A DNA stretch of 64,000 nt, taken from sequence record OQ722176.1; one strand, 5' to 3'. Made by a program: the position numbers and the translations under genes. Within the stretch, counting starts at the first letter, position 1. Each line of letters begins with the position of its first letter. This document shows, one piece after another, positions 37,112 through 46,336 of the stretch. The notes under the pieces are model-generated. The model was given only the letters and a program-made list of their open reading frames with translations. It did not search any database and was not told the origin of the DNA.

Positions 37112-37302
37112 TCAGCAAAACAGATTATTTTGATTTGAAAGTAGGTACGCCAATCATCGTGATTGAACGTATTGACACTATCGACGGCGAGCTTCTAAAG
37201 CTCCCGTTCAGTAAAGTTGTTGCAGCAAATGATCCGCGAATCGGTGAGTCATTGACTGACGGCAAAATTCACTATCTTTTTGACTTCGAAATAGGTGAGT
37301 GA
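37108..37302 (+). CDS. hypothetical protein
   Basis: 64-aa coupled ORF. Confidence 0.6.
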   Translation: MISKTDYFDLKVGTPIIVIERIDTIDGELLKLPFSKVVAANDPRIGESLTDGKIHYLFDFEIGE

Positions 37303-37510
37303 TATGTATACGAAGACGTTCGTTGAGGGTTTGCTTACATTACTTGTATTCGGTATCGTTGCAATGTTTGTCATTCTCGGATTGTCAGTTGGCGGGCTTG
37401 TCTTCGGTGCATGGCTCATCATTTCGGGTCATACGGTCGCGGGGTGGATTGTTTCAGTCATCTCCGCGATTATTCTAGCGTTTACAGTTATTTTTATGAG
37501 GAAATTGTAA
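37295..37510 (+). CDS. putative two-TM membrane protein
   Basis: Long hydrophobic stretches. Confidence 0.65.
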   Translation: MSDMYTKTFVEGLLTLLVFGIVAMFVILGLSVGGLVFGAWLIISGHTVAGWIVSVISAIILAFTVIFMRKL

Positions 37511-37800
37511 TGTCATTGCACATTTATGTTGAAGTAGACACAAACGACGGTGATTATGTTGGCGATTTAAAGGCAGCATCAAGTGAAGAAGTCGAGCGTT
37601 TTGAAACGCTAGTTCACAAGTCTGGTGATAGTCTAGCAAGCTGGACAGAAGGCGAATGCCAAGACCGTCCAAACTCTGAAGTGTATCCTGAGTTCAGCGA
37701 AGACGATCTTCAGTTCATTAGTGAAATGATGCCTTATTGCGAATACGGGTTTCACACTGTTGAAAAAATTCAAATTGTTGATGTGTTGAATACGCTATGA
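37510..37800 (+). CDS. hypothetical acidic protein
   Basis: Start corrected to MSLHIY (TAATG overlap). Confidence 0.7.
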   Translation: MSLHIYVEVDTNDGDYVGDLKAASSEEVERFETLVHKSGDSLASWTEGECQDRPNSEVYPEFSEDDLQFISEMMPYCEYGFHTVEKIQIVDVLNTL

Positions 37801-38114
37801 TCAATGAAATTCTAGCTTCAAGTAAGCGAATCGACAACGGTCGAACAGTAAAAGACGTTCAACTGAGCGTCACTGAAGAAGTAGGCGAACTAGCAACTGA
37901 AGTTCGCGTCAAGTACGGTACTTCGTACAAAACGGCAGATGTTGACGGCATTCTAGGTGAAGCAGTAGATGGGATTTTGTGTCTTGTCGATCTGATTTAC
38001 GTTGATAATCCGAATATCACTGAAGCTGAAATCATGAACGTTGTTCGCAATAAGCTTGCCAAATGGGAGCGTAAAGAAAGCGAACACAAACAAACTGAAC
38101 AAATGGTGAAATAA
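37797..38114 (+). CDS. MazG-like NTP pyrophosphohydrolase
   Basis: EEVGELA...GEAVD all-alpha NTP-PPase motif. Confidence 0.75.
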   Translation: MINEILASSKRIDNGRTVKDVQLSVTEEVGELATEVRVKYGTSYKTADVDGILGEAVDGILCLVDLIYVDNPNITEAEIMNVVRNKLAKWERKESEHKQTEQMVK

Positions 38115-38414
38115 ATGACACAACGTTACACATTCGAAGAAATTCTTGGTGAAGGTTACGAAGACAAAGATTATCTTGACTTTCTATTGGAAGGTTGGGG
38201 TGATGACTTCCCTGGTGTTAAGCTAGTCGACCAAGACGGTGGTGGTGAAGGTGGCTCTGAATACTGCTACTCGATCTTTGAAAAAGACGGTCGCTTCTTC
38301 AAGACTGAATACAGCTACTACAGCTATCACGGTTACGACAACTATGGTGACTACTTCGTTGAAGTATACCCAAAGCAAGTTACGGTAACTCAATACGTGA
38401 GCACTCCTCAGTAA
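38115..38414 (+). CDS. hypothetical acidic protein
   Basis: 99-aa ORF. Confidence 0.7.
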   Translation: MTQRYTFEEILGEGYEDKDYLDFLLEGWGDDFPGVKLVDQDGGGEGGSEYCYSIFEKDGRFFKTEYSYYSYHGYDNYGDYFVEVYPKQVTVTQYVSTPQ

Positions 38415-39175
38415 TGCGTATTGTTGTCGGGTCAACTGCGTTGCATCATCATGGGATTCACCTGCGTAAGACCATTAAAGATCTAGATGTATTCGTAGAC
38501 TCACCCGACTCGGCTAACGACGGGGATGATTTCATCGTCATTCCCGTTCACATTTTGAAGATGTTCGACGGTGATATAGCAACTGCTGACGAAATCTATA
38601 CGATTAAGTGCAGTCATCTTGGTTGGGATGAGCATAAAGTCGGGTATAGTCAGTTTGGTGGTTCGACATTGTGGGACAAGCATAAGCGTGATGTTATTGC
38701 GCTGTCGCGATTCTGCAAAATCAAGCCTGAGCTATACGCAGCGTTAACAAATCACTGGCGAAAAGAGCTTGGCAATAAAGACTATCTGTGTTTGAACAAA
38801 GATGCAGACGATTTCTTTAATGACAAGGTTCGATACGTGTACAATCACGATGAACTACATCGAATGGTTGCTGCACCAAATCGCCCGTTGTATGAGAAAA
38901 TTCTCAAAGACGATTGTGATGTGTTAGTCAGTAAAGAGAAGTTCGAACAGTTGTCATTCGAAGACAAAATCAATCTGTTCCACGAAGAAATTACGGTTAT
39001 TGCTATTGAGCGTTACATCGTTCATGGTATGATGCCGCTTAATGCGTGGAATCATGCGTTGAAGAAGACAATTACACGGCTTACCAAGAATTGGGCATGT
39101 GATTTCATTTGTGCAAACATGAGTCATTACATGAAGCCGAAATATAATTTGAATATTCTTGAAGAAAAGGGTTGA
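38414..39175 (+). CDS. putative Pol-beta-type nucleotidyltransferase
   Basis: N-terminal GSTAL..KDLDV (GS..DxD) motif. Confidence 0.5.
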   Translation: MRIVVGSTALHHHGIHLRKTIKDLDVFVDSPDSANDGDDFIVIPVHILKMFDGDIATADEIYTIKCSHLGWDEHKVGYSQFGGSTLWDKHKRDVIALSRFCKIKPELYAALTNHWRKELGNKDYLCLNKDADDFFNDKVRYVYNHDELHRMVAAPNRPLYEKILKDDCDVLVSKEKFEQLSFEDKINLFHEEITVIAIERYIVHGMMPLNAWNHALKKTITRLTKNWACDFICANMSHYMKPKYNLNILEEKG

Positions 39176-39201
39176 CTTCGGTCAGCCCTTTCGCGTATTA
39201 T
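39165..39201 (+). promoter_or_regulatory. fused terminator/early promoter module
   Basis: AAGGGTTGAC-TTCG-GTCAGCCCTTT hairpin containing TTGACT, 18 bp to TATTAT. Confidence 0.8.
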
Positions 39202-39203
39202 AG

Positions 39204-39247
39204 CTACATCAACACGACGTTGACCAAAACAAAGAGAGAACATTATG
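39204..39247 (+). repeat. conserved early-gene leader, diverged copy
   Basis: CTACATCAACACGACGTTGACCAAAACAAAGAGAGAACATTATG. Confidence 0.75.
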
Positions 39248-39574
39248 ACTGACCTAACTAAATTCGACATCACATTTGCTGAAATCAAAGTCGTTTACTC
39301 TATCGGTGCAGAACACCAAAAAGTAGCAATGCAACTTGAAGACGGTACAATCATGCTGCACGAAGTTCTGTTCATTGATGCGAAAGGTTCATACTGTGAA
39401 AGCCGCAAACTGTGGAGCACTAAAGTTGAAAAGACATGCGCATGGCCAGGTTACGAGTCAGCACAGCTTATCGACAAAATCAAAGCAGCCGGTAAAGTGT
39501 CACTTCGTCATTGGCGCGCAGCATCAAACGCTGACTACGAAATCTTTCGTCTTGTTGAATCATTTGAGGGTTAA
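39245..39574 (+). CDS. hypothetical early protein
   Basis: 109-aa ORF behind leader. Confidence 0.8.
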   Translation: MTDLTKFDITFAEIKVVYSIGAEHQKVAMQLEDGTIMLHEVLFIDAKGSYCESRKLWSTKVEKTCAWPGYESAQLIDKIKAAGKVSLRHWRAASNADYEIFRLVESFEG

Positions 39575-39576
39575 TC

Positions 39577-39978
39577 ATGTCTGATATTTACGAAATGTGG
39601 GAAAAGAAAATCGAACGTCTTGGCGAAATGCACAAGAAAATCTACGATATGGGTCAGCTTGCGGCTGGTGATGAAGGTAAGTATATCTTCAAAACTGAAA
39701 TGAAGCGTGAGCATCTATCACGCGAGATTTCTCACGAAATTGACCACAACGGCATCGACTTGCACCATCTTATGTTCAAAGGTTTGCATGAGACAGCACG
39801 CGAATATCAAGCTGCAATCATGATTTTCTGTAAAGAAATGCCTCTTGAGCAGCGTCGAGAACTTTTCGACAAGATTCGCGCCGTGTTTAACATTGATGCT
39901 TACACAGACCGAGCATGGGAAGGCGTTCTTAAACGTTTCAAAGATTCACTAGTATCACAAGGTATGATTGAGGAATAA
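39577..39978 (+). CDS. hypothetical protein
   Basis: 133-aa ORF. Confidence 0.75.
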   Translation: MSDIYEMWEKKIERLGEMHKKIYDMGQLAAGDEGKYIFKTEMKREHLSREISHEIDHNGIDLHHLMFKGLHETAREYQAAIMIFCKEMPLEQRRELFDKIRAVFNIDAYTDRAWEGVLKRFKDSLVSQGMIEE

Positions 39979-39981
39979 ATT

Positions 39982-40689
39982 ATGAGCAGTTTCAAAGTAA
40001 AGAAAGAAGAGTGTCAGAAACGCGGTATCGCGTTCAACTTTACTGAAGATCAATGGAAAACATTACAGAATATGAAAAACGGTGGTCGTTGTGCATACAC
40101 CAACCACCCATTCAACGCAAGTTGTAAGAAAATGCGTGCTACCGTTGAGCGAATCGACGAGTCAAAGCCGTACGAACCTACAAACTGCGTGCTTGTGACT
40201 CAGATTGCAAACAATGTAAAGTGCAACTTCATTGAAAACAATCAACCAATCAGCGGTGCGACGCCAGAACAAGCTCACACGCTGAAAACGATTAAGAAAT
40301 TTCTCGCTGACAGCAATCGTGTGAAGAAAGTCGTTAAATCATATGTTGATCAGTACAAAGGATTGCTCATTGAAACCCCGACAAGTGATTTAGACATCAC
40401 TAAGCTATACGTGAAGTACGCAACTGAAGCACAGCGCAAAGGTAAGCACTTTGAAATCACGATAGGCGACTTCAAACGCACTGTATCGCGTAAACAGTGT
40501 CAAGTTAGTAAAGTACTACTGCCTAGCATCAAACAGCGCGTAGTGCGCGTTATAGACGATTCTAAGCCTATTACACGTGACAACATTCAAGTAACGTCAC
40601 AACAAATCGACGAAATCATGACTTCTATTGAAGAATTAGACATGACATCAGCGCAGAAACGCGCATTGATGAAGAACTTGGGGGCATAA
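39982..40689 (+). CDS. Srd-like / His-Me-finger-related protein with duplicated domain
   Basis: KRGIAFNF..CAYTNHPF..TVERIDESKPY..NCVLV..N resembles the T4 Srd N-terminus; degenerate second copy. Confidence 0.5.
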   Translation: MSSFKVKKEECQKRGIAFNFTEDQWKTLQNMKNGGRCAYTNHPFNASCKKMRATVERIDESKPYEPTNCVLVTQIANNVKCNFIENNQPISGATPEQAHTLKTIKKFLADSNRVKKVVKSYVDQYKGLLIETPTSDLDITKLYVKYATEAQRKGKHFEITIGDFKRTVSRKQCQVSKVLLPSIKQRVVRVIDDSKPITRDNIQVTSQQIDEIMTSIEELDMTSAQKRALMKNLGA

Positions 40690-40949
40690 TGAGCTATTTG
40701 ATTTCTATGAACAAGGGATGTTCAACGGTAGTGATGGTTAGTGGTGTTCCGTTAGTTGTAGACCATGAAACTGAATACGTAACAGTAGACAGAAACGGTT
40801 ACGTGACGGGATGGACTGATCGCCCGTACTTCGACGAAGAAGACCAAACGTGGTCGTGCTTTGAGCTTTACGGTGAAGAGTGGCATTTAGCAACAATTGC
40901 AAACCCATCGAAAGAAGCTATTGAAACTCTAATCGAGGTGTATCCATGA
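40689..40949 (+). CDS. hypothetical protein
   Basis: 86-aa ORF. Confidence 0.7.
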   Translation: MSYLISMNKGCSTVVMVSGVPLVVDHETEYVTVDRNGYVTGWTDRPYFDEEDQTWSCFELYGEEWHLATIANPSKEAIETLIEVYP

Positions 40950-41311
40950 ATGCGATAATGCAAGAACTTGCTCGTGAATATCGCAAGTCGGTTCACTACA
41001 AGCAAGAGTTGCACTGTGACATCTTTCTAATACCATGCAACGACGGTGATATTGATTCGAAATACATCAAAGAAACTCTGCATGAGGTGTACAACGAAAT
41101 CAAGCGTTTTACCGGTCTTAGTATTGCAGAAGTCAAAGACTGGTTTAAAGATCAGCCTTGCGACACGTGGTTTGGTAAGAAAATCACACATGAAGAAAAA
41201 GTTTATGTTTCGTTTTACGTACGTTACGATATACCTAAGAGTATGTTAAAGACGTATGACATGACAAACTGGACTCAGGGTCCATCATTTAAGAATAAGG
41301 AAGTAACTTGA
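40946..41311 (+). CDS. hypothetical protein
   Basis: 121-aa ORF. Confidence 0.7.
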   Translation: MNAIMQELAREYRKSVHYKQELHCDIFLIPCNDGDIDSKYIKETLHEVYNEIKRFTGLSIAEVKDWFKDQPCDTWFGKKITHEEKVYVSFYVRYDIPKSMLKTYDMTNWTQGPSFKNKEVT

Positions 41312-42048
41312 GAATTTTCATTTTTAGTGGCGCGGGGCTAGATGCCGAATCTGGTATTCCAACATTCCGTGATGCGAATGGCTTATGGGAAAATCACGAT
41401 ATTATGCAAGTGTGTAATATCAATACGTTTTTGAGCAACTATGAGCTAACTCATAAGTTTTACAATCAACGTCGAGTTCAGATGAAAGGCGTTCAGCCGA
41501 ATTCAGCGCATTTCAAAATTGCTGAACTGTGTGAAAAGTACGACGTTGACAACTACACCGCGAATGTGTCTGACTTGCTTGAGCGTGCGGGTTGTAAAGA
41601 CGTGAAGCATATCCATGGCGAACTGACCAAGATCGTACAAGATTACACGTCGAAAGACAGTACGACTATTGATATAGGTTATACCGAGTATGAGCTACGT
41701 CAAGGTCGTCGCGATAAACCGGGTGTTGTGTTCTTCAACGAAGGCGCGCCAATGTACACTCATTTCTGGGGTGATATTGACACTCTATTACCGACTGACA
41801 TTGCAATCGTCGTTGGTTCAACACTTGAAATCAACCCAATTCACTGGGATTTGGCGCAGACAGGTTGTAAATTTATTTTAATTAACCCGACTGGCATTGA
41901 TACAGAGAAGCACACTGAATTGAATGAAGCTATCCGTATGTGTGATATTTTCATCAACAAGCCAGCCACTGAGGCATTTGATGAAATTGATCAACATATT
42001 GAAGAGCATGTTTCTATTCACTTTCCACATGGGCTTCCTGCTGTTTGA
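41308..42048 (+). CDS. sir2: Sir2/CobB NAD-dependent deacylase
   Basis: FSGAGLDAESGIPTFRD, PNSAH, HIHGEL, KPGVVFFNE, VGST; TTG start. Confidence 0.93.
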   Translation: MRIFIFSGAGLDAESGIPTFRDANGLWENHDIMQVCNINTFLSNYELTHKFYNQRRVQMKGVQPNSAHFKIAELCEKYDVDNYTANVSDLLERAGCKDVKHIHGELTKIVQDYTSKDSTTIDIGYTEYELRQGRRDKPGVVFFNEGAPMYTHFWGDIDTLLPTDIAIVVGSTLEINPIHWDLAQTGCKFILINPTGIDTEKHTELNEAIRMCDIFINKPATEAFDEIDQHIEEHVSIHFPHGLPAV

Positions 42049-42211
42049 AGCAATAGCGATTATCGTTAGTGCGAGTGGTGCTGTTGTGTCTTTTCTAGCA
42101 GCACTTTTACTCATTCTAGATAAGTTGTATATTTTAGCGGTATGTGCGTCTATACTAGGCGCATTGTTAACGTACTGCTATGTAAAATTGAGTGAGGAGC
42201 ATGATGTCTAA
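42008..42211 (+). CDS. putative membrane protein
   Basis: Hydrophobic ORF filling the gap; start uncertain. Confidence 0.5.
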   Translation: MFLFTFHMGFLLFEAIAIIVSASGAVVSFLAALLLILDKLYILAVCASILGALLTYCYVKLSEEHDV

Positions 42212-43997
42212 GCAAGACAAATTTCAAATTTTATCAGACAAACAACACGTTCTGAAACGACCGGGTATGTACATCGGGTCTGTTGACAGAGAAGCGCATG
42301 AACGTTTTGTTCTGGGTGAGTACAAGCAAATCGAATATGTACCGGGTCTCGTGAAAATCATCAACGAAGTTATTGATAACTCGCTTGATGAAGCGATTCG
42401 TACAAAGTTCAAGTTTGCAAACGTCATTGAAGTGAAAATCGAAGGTAATCGAATCACTATCGCTGATAACGGTCGCGGCATTCCGCAAGACAAAGTTATC
42501 GACCCGAATGGCAATGAACTACTTCGACCTGAAGCTGCATGGACACGCACAAAAGCAGGTAGTAACTTCGATGATGATCGAACTACTGTTGGTATGAACG
42601 GCGTCGGTGCAGCGTTGACGAACTATTTCAGTCACCAGTTTATTGGTAAAACGTGTGACGGCAAGAATACAGTCACTGTAAGTTGTTCGAACAACGCAGA
42701 TCGTATTTTCGTTCGAACTGCAAAGGGCGGTACTCAAGGTACATCGGTTGAATTCATCCCTGATTTCAATCGCTTTGGCGTCTTCGGTATTTCACCACAA
42801 GATGAAGAAATCATCAAAGATCGTTTAGCGTCGTTGTCAGTTGCATTCCCTGAGATTACGTTCAAGTACAACGGGAAGAAACATGCGCCGACGCTGAAGC
42901 AATACGCGAAGATGTTTGGTTCTGAAGTGTCGTTTGAATTCGATGACGTTGCGTTGTTTGTAGCTGCTTCTGATGAGTTCAGACATAACAGTTTCATCAA
43001 TGGTGTAAATACATCAAATGGCGGCACACACGTTGATTACTTCTCGAATAAGTTAGCTGATGAGCTAATCCCGATGATCAAGCGTAAGCACAAAATCAAT
43101 GTGCCTAAGCCGCAATTGAAGAACGGGTTGACCATCGGTCTGTTTATCAGAAACTTCGTTGACCCGAAATTCGATAGTCAGACGAAAGAACGTCTAACGA
43201 GTTCTCAAGGTGAAGTATCGCCATACTTGAAAGATCTTTCGTATGAGAAGATTGCCAAGAAGATTTTAGCAGATGACGACATCATCATGCCAATCATCGA
43301 AGCATTGCTTGCAAAACAACACGCAGCGGAAGCACGCGAGTTAGCACGTAAGCAGAAAAAAGCACAGAACGCAAAAGTCGCAGATCATATCAAAGCAAGT
43401 ATGCCAGGTGGTACGTTGTTCTTGACTGAAGGTAAGTCAGCGATTGGTTATCTGATCAAAGTGCGTGACAGTAAGAAACATGGTGGTATTCCGCTACGTG
43501 GTAAAGTACTGAGCACATGGGGCAAGCGTCCTGCTGAGATCATGAAGAACAAAGAACTGTGCGATATTATGTCAGTTCTGAATATTCAGCTTGGTGACGA
43601 TGACATTCGAGACATGTACTATAAAGATATTGGTATCTTGGTTGATGCTGATGTCGATGGTAAAGGTTCGATTTTCCCGCTTCTTCTTGCGTTTTTCTAC
43701 AACTGGCCAGAGCTTTACAAACAGAAACGAATCAAATTCGTTCGTACGCCAGTTGTGATTGCGACTAATAAGAAAGATACCAAATGGTTCTATTCTATCG
43801 AAGAGTATCGCAAAGCCAAGCTGTCAAAGACATGGAAGATTCGTTACATCAAGGGTTTGGGTTCATTAACTGAGAAAGAATACAAGAAAGTCATTAACGA
43901 GCCAGTTTTTGACGAGATTGTAATTGATGACCCAGCTTGTTTTGAACTATTATTCGGTGATGACACTGATAAACGTAAGGATTGGATGACCCAATGA
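42201..43997 (+). CDS. 39: DNA topoisomerase II large subunit (gp39+gp60 fused)
   Basis: RPGMYIGS, EVIDNSLDE, DNGRGIP, GMNGVG, TEGKSA, PLRGK, DADVDG, YIKGLGS in one frame. Confidence 0.97.
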   Translation: MMSKQDKFQILSDKQHVLKRPGMYIGSVDREAHERFVLGEYKQIEYVPGLVKIINEVIDNSLDEAIRTKFKFANVIEVKIEGNRITIADNGRGIPQDKVIDPNGNELLRPEAAWTRTKAGSNFDDDRTTVGMNGVGAALTNYFSHQFIGKTCDGKNTVTVSCSNNADRIFVRTAKGGTQGTSVEFIPDFNRFGVFGISPQDEEIIKDRLASLSVAFPEITFKYNGKKHAPTLKQYAKMFGSEVSFEFDDVALFVAASDEFRHNSFINGVNTSNGGTHVDYFSNKLADELIPMIKRKHKINVPKPQLKNGLTIGLFIRNFVDPKFDSQTKERLTSSQGEVSPYLKDLSYEKIAKKILADDDIIMPIIEALLAKQHAAEARELARKQKKAQNAKVADHIKASMPGGTLFLTEGKSAIGYLIKVRDSKKHGGIPLRGKVLSTWGKRPAEIMKNKELCDIMSVLNIQLGDDDIRDMYYKDIGILVDADVDGKGSIFPLLLAFFYNWPELYKQKRIKFVRTPVVIATNKKDTKWFYSIEEYRKAKLSKTWKIRYIKGLGSLTEKEYKKVINEPVFDEIVIDDPACFELLFGDDTDKRKDWMTQ

Positions 43998-44224
43998 TTA
44001 CAGCAAAAGAAGCACGAGCACGCAGGAAGAAACTTCCTGCTGCTGTAACGAAGTCGCTTGAAGAACTTGATTTGGCGGTGCAACTTGCATCGCCGTCGAA
44101 GAATCGCGTCGATTTCAAAACGGAAAAGTTGACTGAGAGTGAGCGTGATACTCTACGAGCTATTTTGATTAGCTTGGGGTATGAAGCTTATATCGCCGGT
44201 GAAAAACTTGAGGTACTGTGGTAA
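43994..44224 (+). CDS. hypothetical protein, MITA..LGY..W family copy 1
   Basis: Similar to 45120 ORF. Confidence 0.7.
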   Translation: MITAKEARARRKKLPAAVTKSLEELDLAVQLASPSKNRVDFKTEKLTESERDTLRAILISLGYEAYIAGEKLEVLW

Positions 44225-44439
44225 TGAGCAACTTTCTTCGAATTCTAGAAGACATGTGCCGCGATTTTCGCGGTGAATTGAATCAAGCTGCAACGGCAGA
44301 GGTAGATTACTACCTAATGCAATTATACGTTGCGTTACTTTCTATCGGGTTTGCGGTTCAAATTGCAATTTTCGTTGCATTTTATGCCGTGTTTTATATC
44401 CCGATGAGTCTAATCGCTAGAGTGTTGGGGATTAAATAA
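44224..44439 (+). CDS. putative membrane protein
   Basis: C-terminal hydrophobic helix. Confidence 0.6.
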   Translation: MSNFLRILEDMCRDFRGELNQAATAEVDYYLMQLYVALLSIGFAVQIAIFVAFYAVFYIPMSLIARVLGIK

Positions 44440-44456
44440 GAGACGGAGGTGGCACT

Positions 44457-44723
44457 ATGCTAAAGTCTTTTATTGAACTATCACTTAACGAAATGACATA
44501 TCAAGAGTTGCGTGATCTCACGATAAACGAGATTCACGCACTCGTTAAGAAGCTGAAAAAACAGCTTCCGAAAGAGTACAAAGACATTATCGACGAATTA
44601 GAACCTGATATGTACGAAGATCTGATTGCAGAAATTGCGTACGATGGTGGGTTAAAAGGTAAGCGATTTGTCAACTTAAAAATCCCGAAGCGAATCTTAG
44701 ATAGGTACGCTGACTACTTCTGA
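44457..44723 (+). CDS. putative internal head protein
   Basis: MLKSFIELSLNE N-terminus; ATTAAATA 44431-44438 upstream; GGAGG SD. Confidence 0.5.
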   Translation: MLKSFIELSLNEMTYQELRDLTINEIHALVKKLKKQLPKEYKDIIDELEPDMYEDLIAEIAYDGGLKGKRFVNLKIPKRILDRYADYF

Positions 44724-44733
44724 GAGAAATATT

Positions 44734-45123
44734 ATGTTTGATGCTGCTAGTATGCGTGATCGTTACCAACCATCCAAACCAACTGAAAAGCAGTTGAAGA
44801 AAATCGACGAATTTCAAAACTTTTTGTATAACACTCTTATTTCTATTGATAAAATAGCTGACAAAGAGCTTGAGATTAAAGTCGGTATCAAAGCTGAATT
44901 TTACGAAGCATCGGTTGCAGAATTCGAGAAATTAGGTTACAATATCAGAGCGGTGAAAGAGACATTTGAAATCAAAAATCATGTCAATCCTTTCGAGCCG
45001 CCAGAAACCGGATACTTACAGTATTCATCACATGACTTGGCGATGTTATCAATCAATCGAATTGTGAGAGACGACCCCGAGCGCATGGTATTGACACTAA
45101 TTGATTGGAGACGAAAATCATGA
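44734..45123 (+). CDS. hypothetical protein, LGY family diverged copy
   Basis: M..A..R.R...KLGY...W. Confidence 0.65.
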   Translation: MFDAASMRDRYQPSKPTEKQLKKIDEFQNFLYNTLISIDKIADKELEIKVGIKAEFYEASVAEFEKLGYNIRAVKETFEIKNHVNPFEPPETGYLQYSSHDLAMLSINRIVRDDPERMVLTLIDWRRKS

Positions 45124-45380
45124 TAACGGCAGAATGGGCGAGAGAACGCAGCATCAAAGTAATGAAAGAGCAGTTTAATAGCGAAGCTATTGAGCATCTT
45201 GACGACCGAATTGGCGAAGCTTGTGAAGAGTACCGATTTGGAATAAATGTCAGCATGAAAGATGAACTGCCTGAAATTTCAAGCCACAAGCACAAACGAC
45301 TGCTTATTGAATATCTCAGACTTCTGGGGTACAAAGCGTTTTACGTAGACGACATTCTGGAGATTCGATGGCAGATTTAA
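45120..45380 (+). CDS. hypothetical protein, MITA..LGY..W family copy 2
   Basis: Similar to 43994 ORF. Confidence 0.7.
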   Translation: MITAEWARERSIKVMKEQFNSEAIEHLDDRIGEACEEYRFGINVSMKDELPEISSHKHKRLLIEYLRLLGYKAFYVDDILEIRWQI

Positions 45381-46096
45381 AAGTTTATTACTGTAGCGAC
45401 ATTCACAACGACTATCACGACACAAACGCGCTAGAACGCATTACAGGCGATAAAGACGCTGTACTGGTAGTAGCGGGTGACATTAACAGCAAAGGGCGCA
45501 CAGTGCGCGATTTAGAAGCTGTAGCCGACCGTTGGCGTGCAGTTATCGCAGTGCCGGGAAATCACGACTGGTGGGGTTTGGCGATTCACGAAACGCATAA
45601 ATTCGAATCAGAGGTTGACAATGTTCATGTATTGCTTGAAAATACAGTTCAGATTGACGACGTGACATTCTGCGGTACAACGCTGTGGCACGAAATCAAT
45701 GACTGGTTTGAAGGTCAACGATGGAAAGAAACCATGAATGACCGTCGTAAGATTCGGGGTCCTCAGTGGCGCGGATTATACGGCGAAGATATTCATGCGC
45801 TGCACGTAAAAGCAGTGAAATTCATTGAGAAATGCAGAGAAATCGACGGTAAGAAAGTGCTGATAACACATCACGCACCGTCTAGAAACAGCATTTCGCC
45901 TTTGTATGCGTACGCAAGTACAAACAGTTTCTATTGCACAAATCTAGATCACTTGCTAGATGGATTTGATTTTGCAATTCACGGTCACGTTCATCAAGAA
46001 TTTGACTATCATGTAAACGGCTGTAATGTAGTGTGTAATCCACATGCATACGGCTCTGAAAACCCAGATTATGGTGTGAGGATTTTTGACATATGA
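45368..46096 (+). CDS. calcineurin-like metallophosphoesterase
   Basis: SDIH, AGDI, GNHD, THHAP, HGHVH, NPHAY. Confidence 0.9.
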   Translation: MADLKVYYCSDIHNDYHDTNALERITGDKDAVLVVAGDINSKGRTVRDLEAVADRWRAVIAVPGNHDWWGLAIHETHKFESEVDNVHVLLENTVQIDDVTFCGTTLWHEINDWFEGQRWKETMNDRRKIRGPQWRGLYGEDIHALHVKAVKFIEKCREIDGKKVLITHHAPSRNSISPLYAYASTNSFYCTNLDHLLDGFDFAIHGHVHQEFDYHVNGCNVVCNPHAYGSENPDYGVRIFDI

Positions 46097-46296
46097 TGTT
46101 TTTTGTCACAATTTACGTTCTGATTGGTGCATTTATTACGATTATTGGCGGCGACGAGCTTTACAAGTCGTATAAAGGTCATGGTGGTAAAATGAGTGGC
46201 GCGGGATTTAGTTTCACGTGCGCGTTAGTTTCACCAGTGCTATTAGCGGTGCTTTTCGGCAAGCGTGTTATCGCAAAAGTTCGTAAATCTCGCTAA
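46093..46296 (+). CDS. putative membrane protein
   Basis: Two hydrophobic segments. Confidence 0.6.
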   Translation: MMFFVTIYVLIGAFITIIGGDELYKSYKGHGGKMSGAGFSFTCALVSPVLLAVLFGKRVIAKVRKSR

Positions 46297-46336
46297 TTAA
46301 ATACGTGCGTCAATATAATAACACAAGGTAACAAAT

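Noticed and set aside
39982-40689. Active HNH homing endonuclease
   Set aside because: The catalytic His is not apparent, the protein resembles Srd, and there is no intron or insertion context
42201-43997. Gene 60-type translational bypass or split topoisomerase
   Set aside because: ATPase and TOPRIM halves are in a single continuous frame
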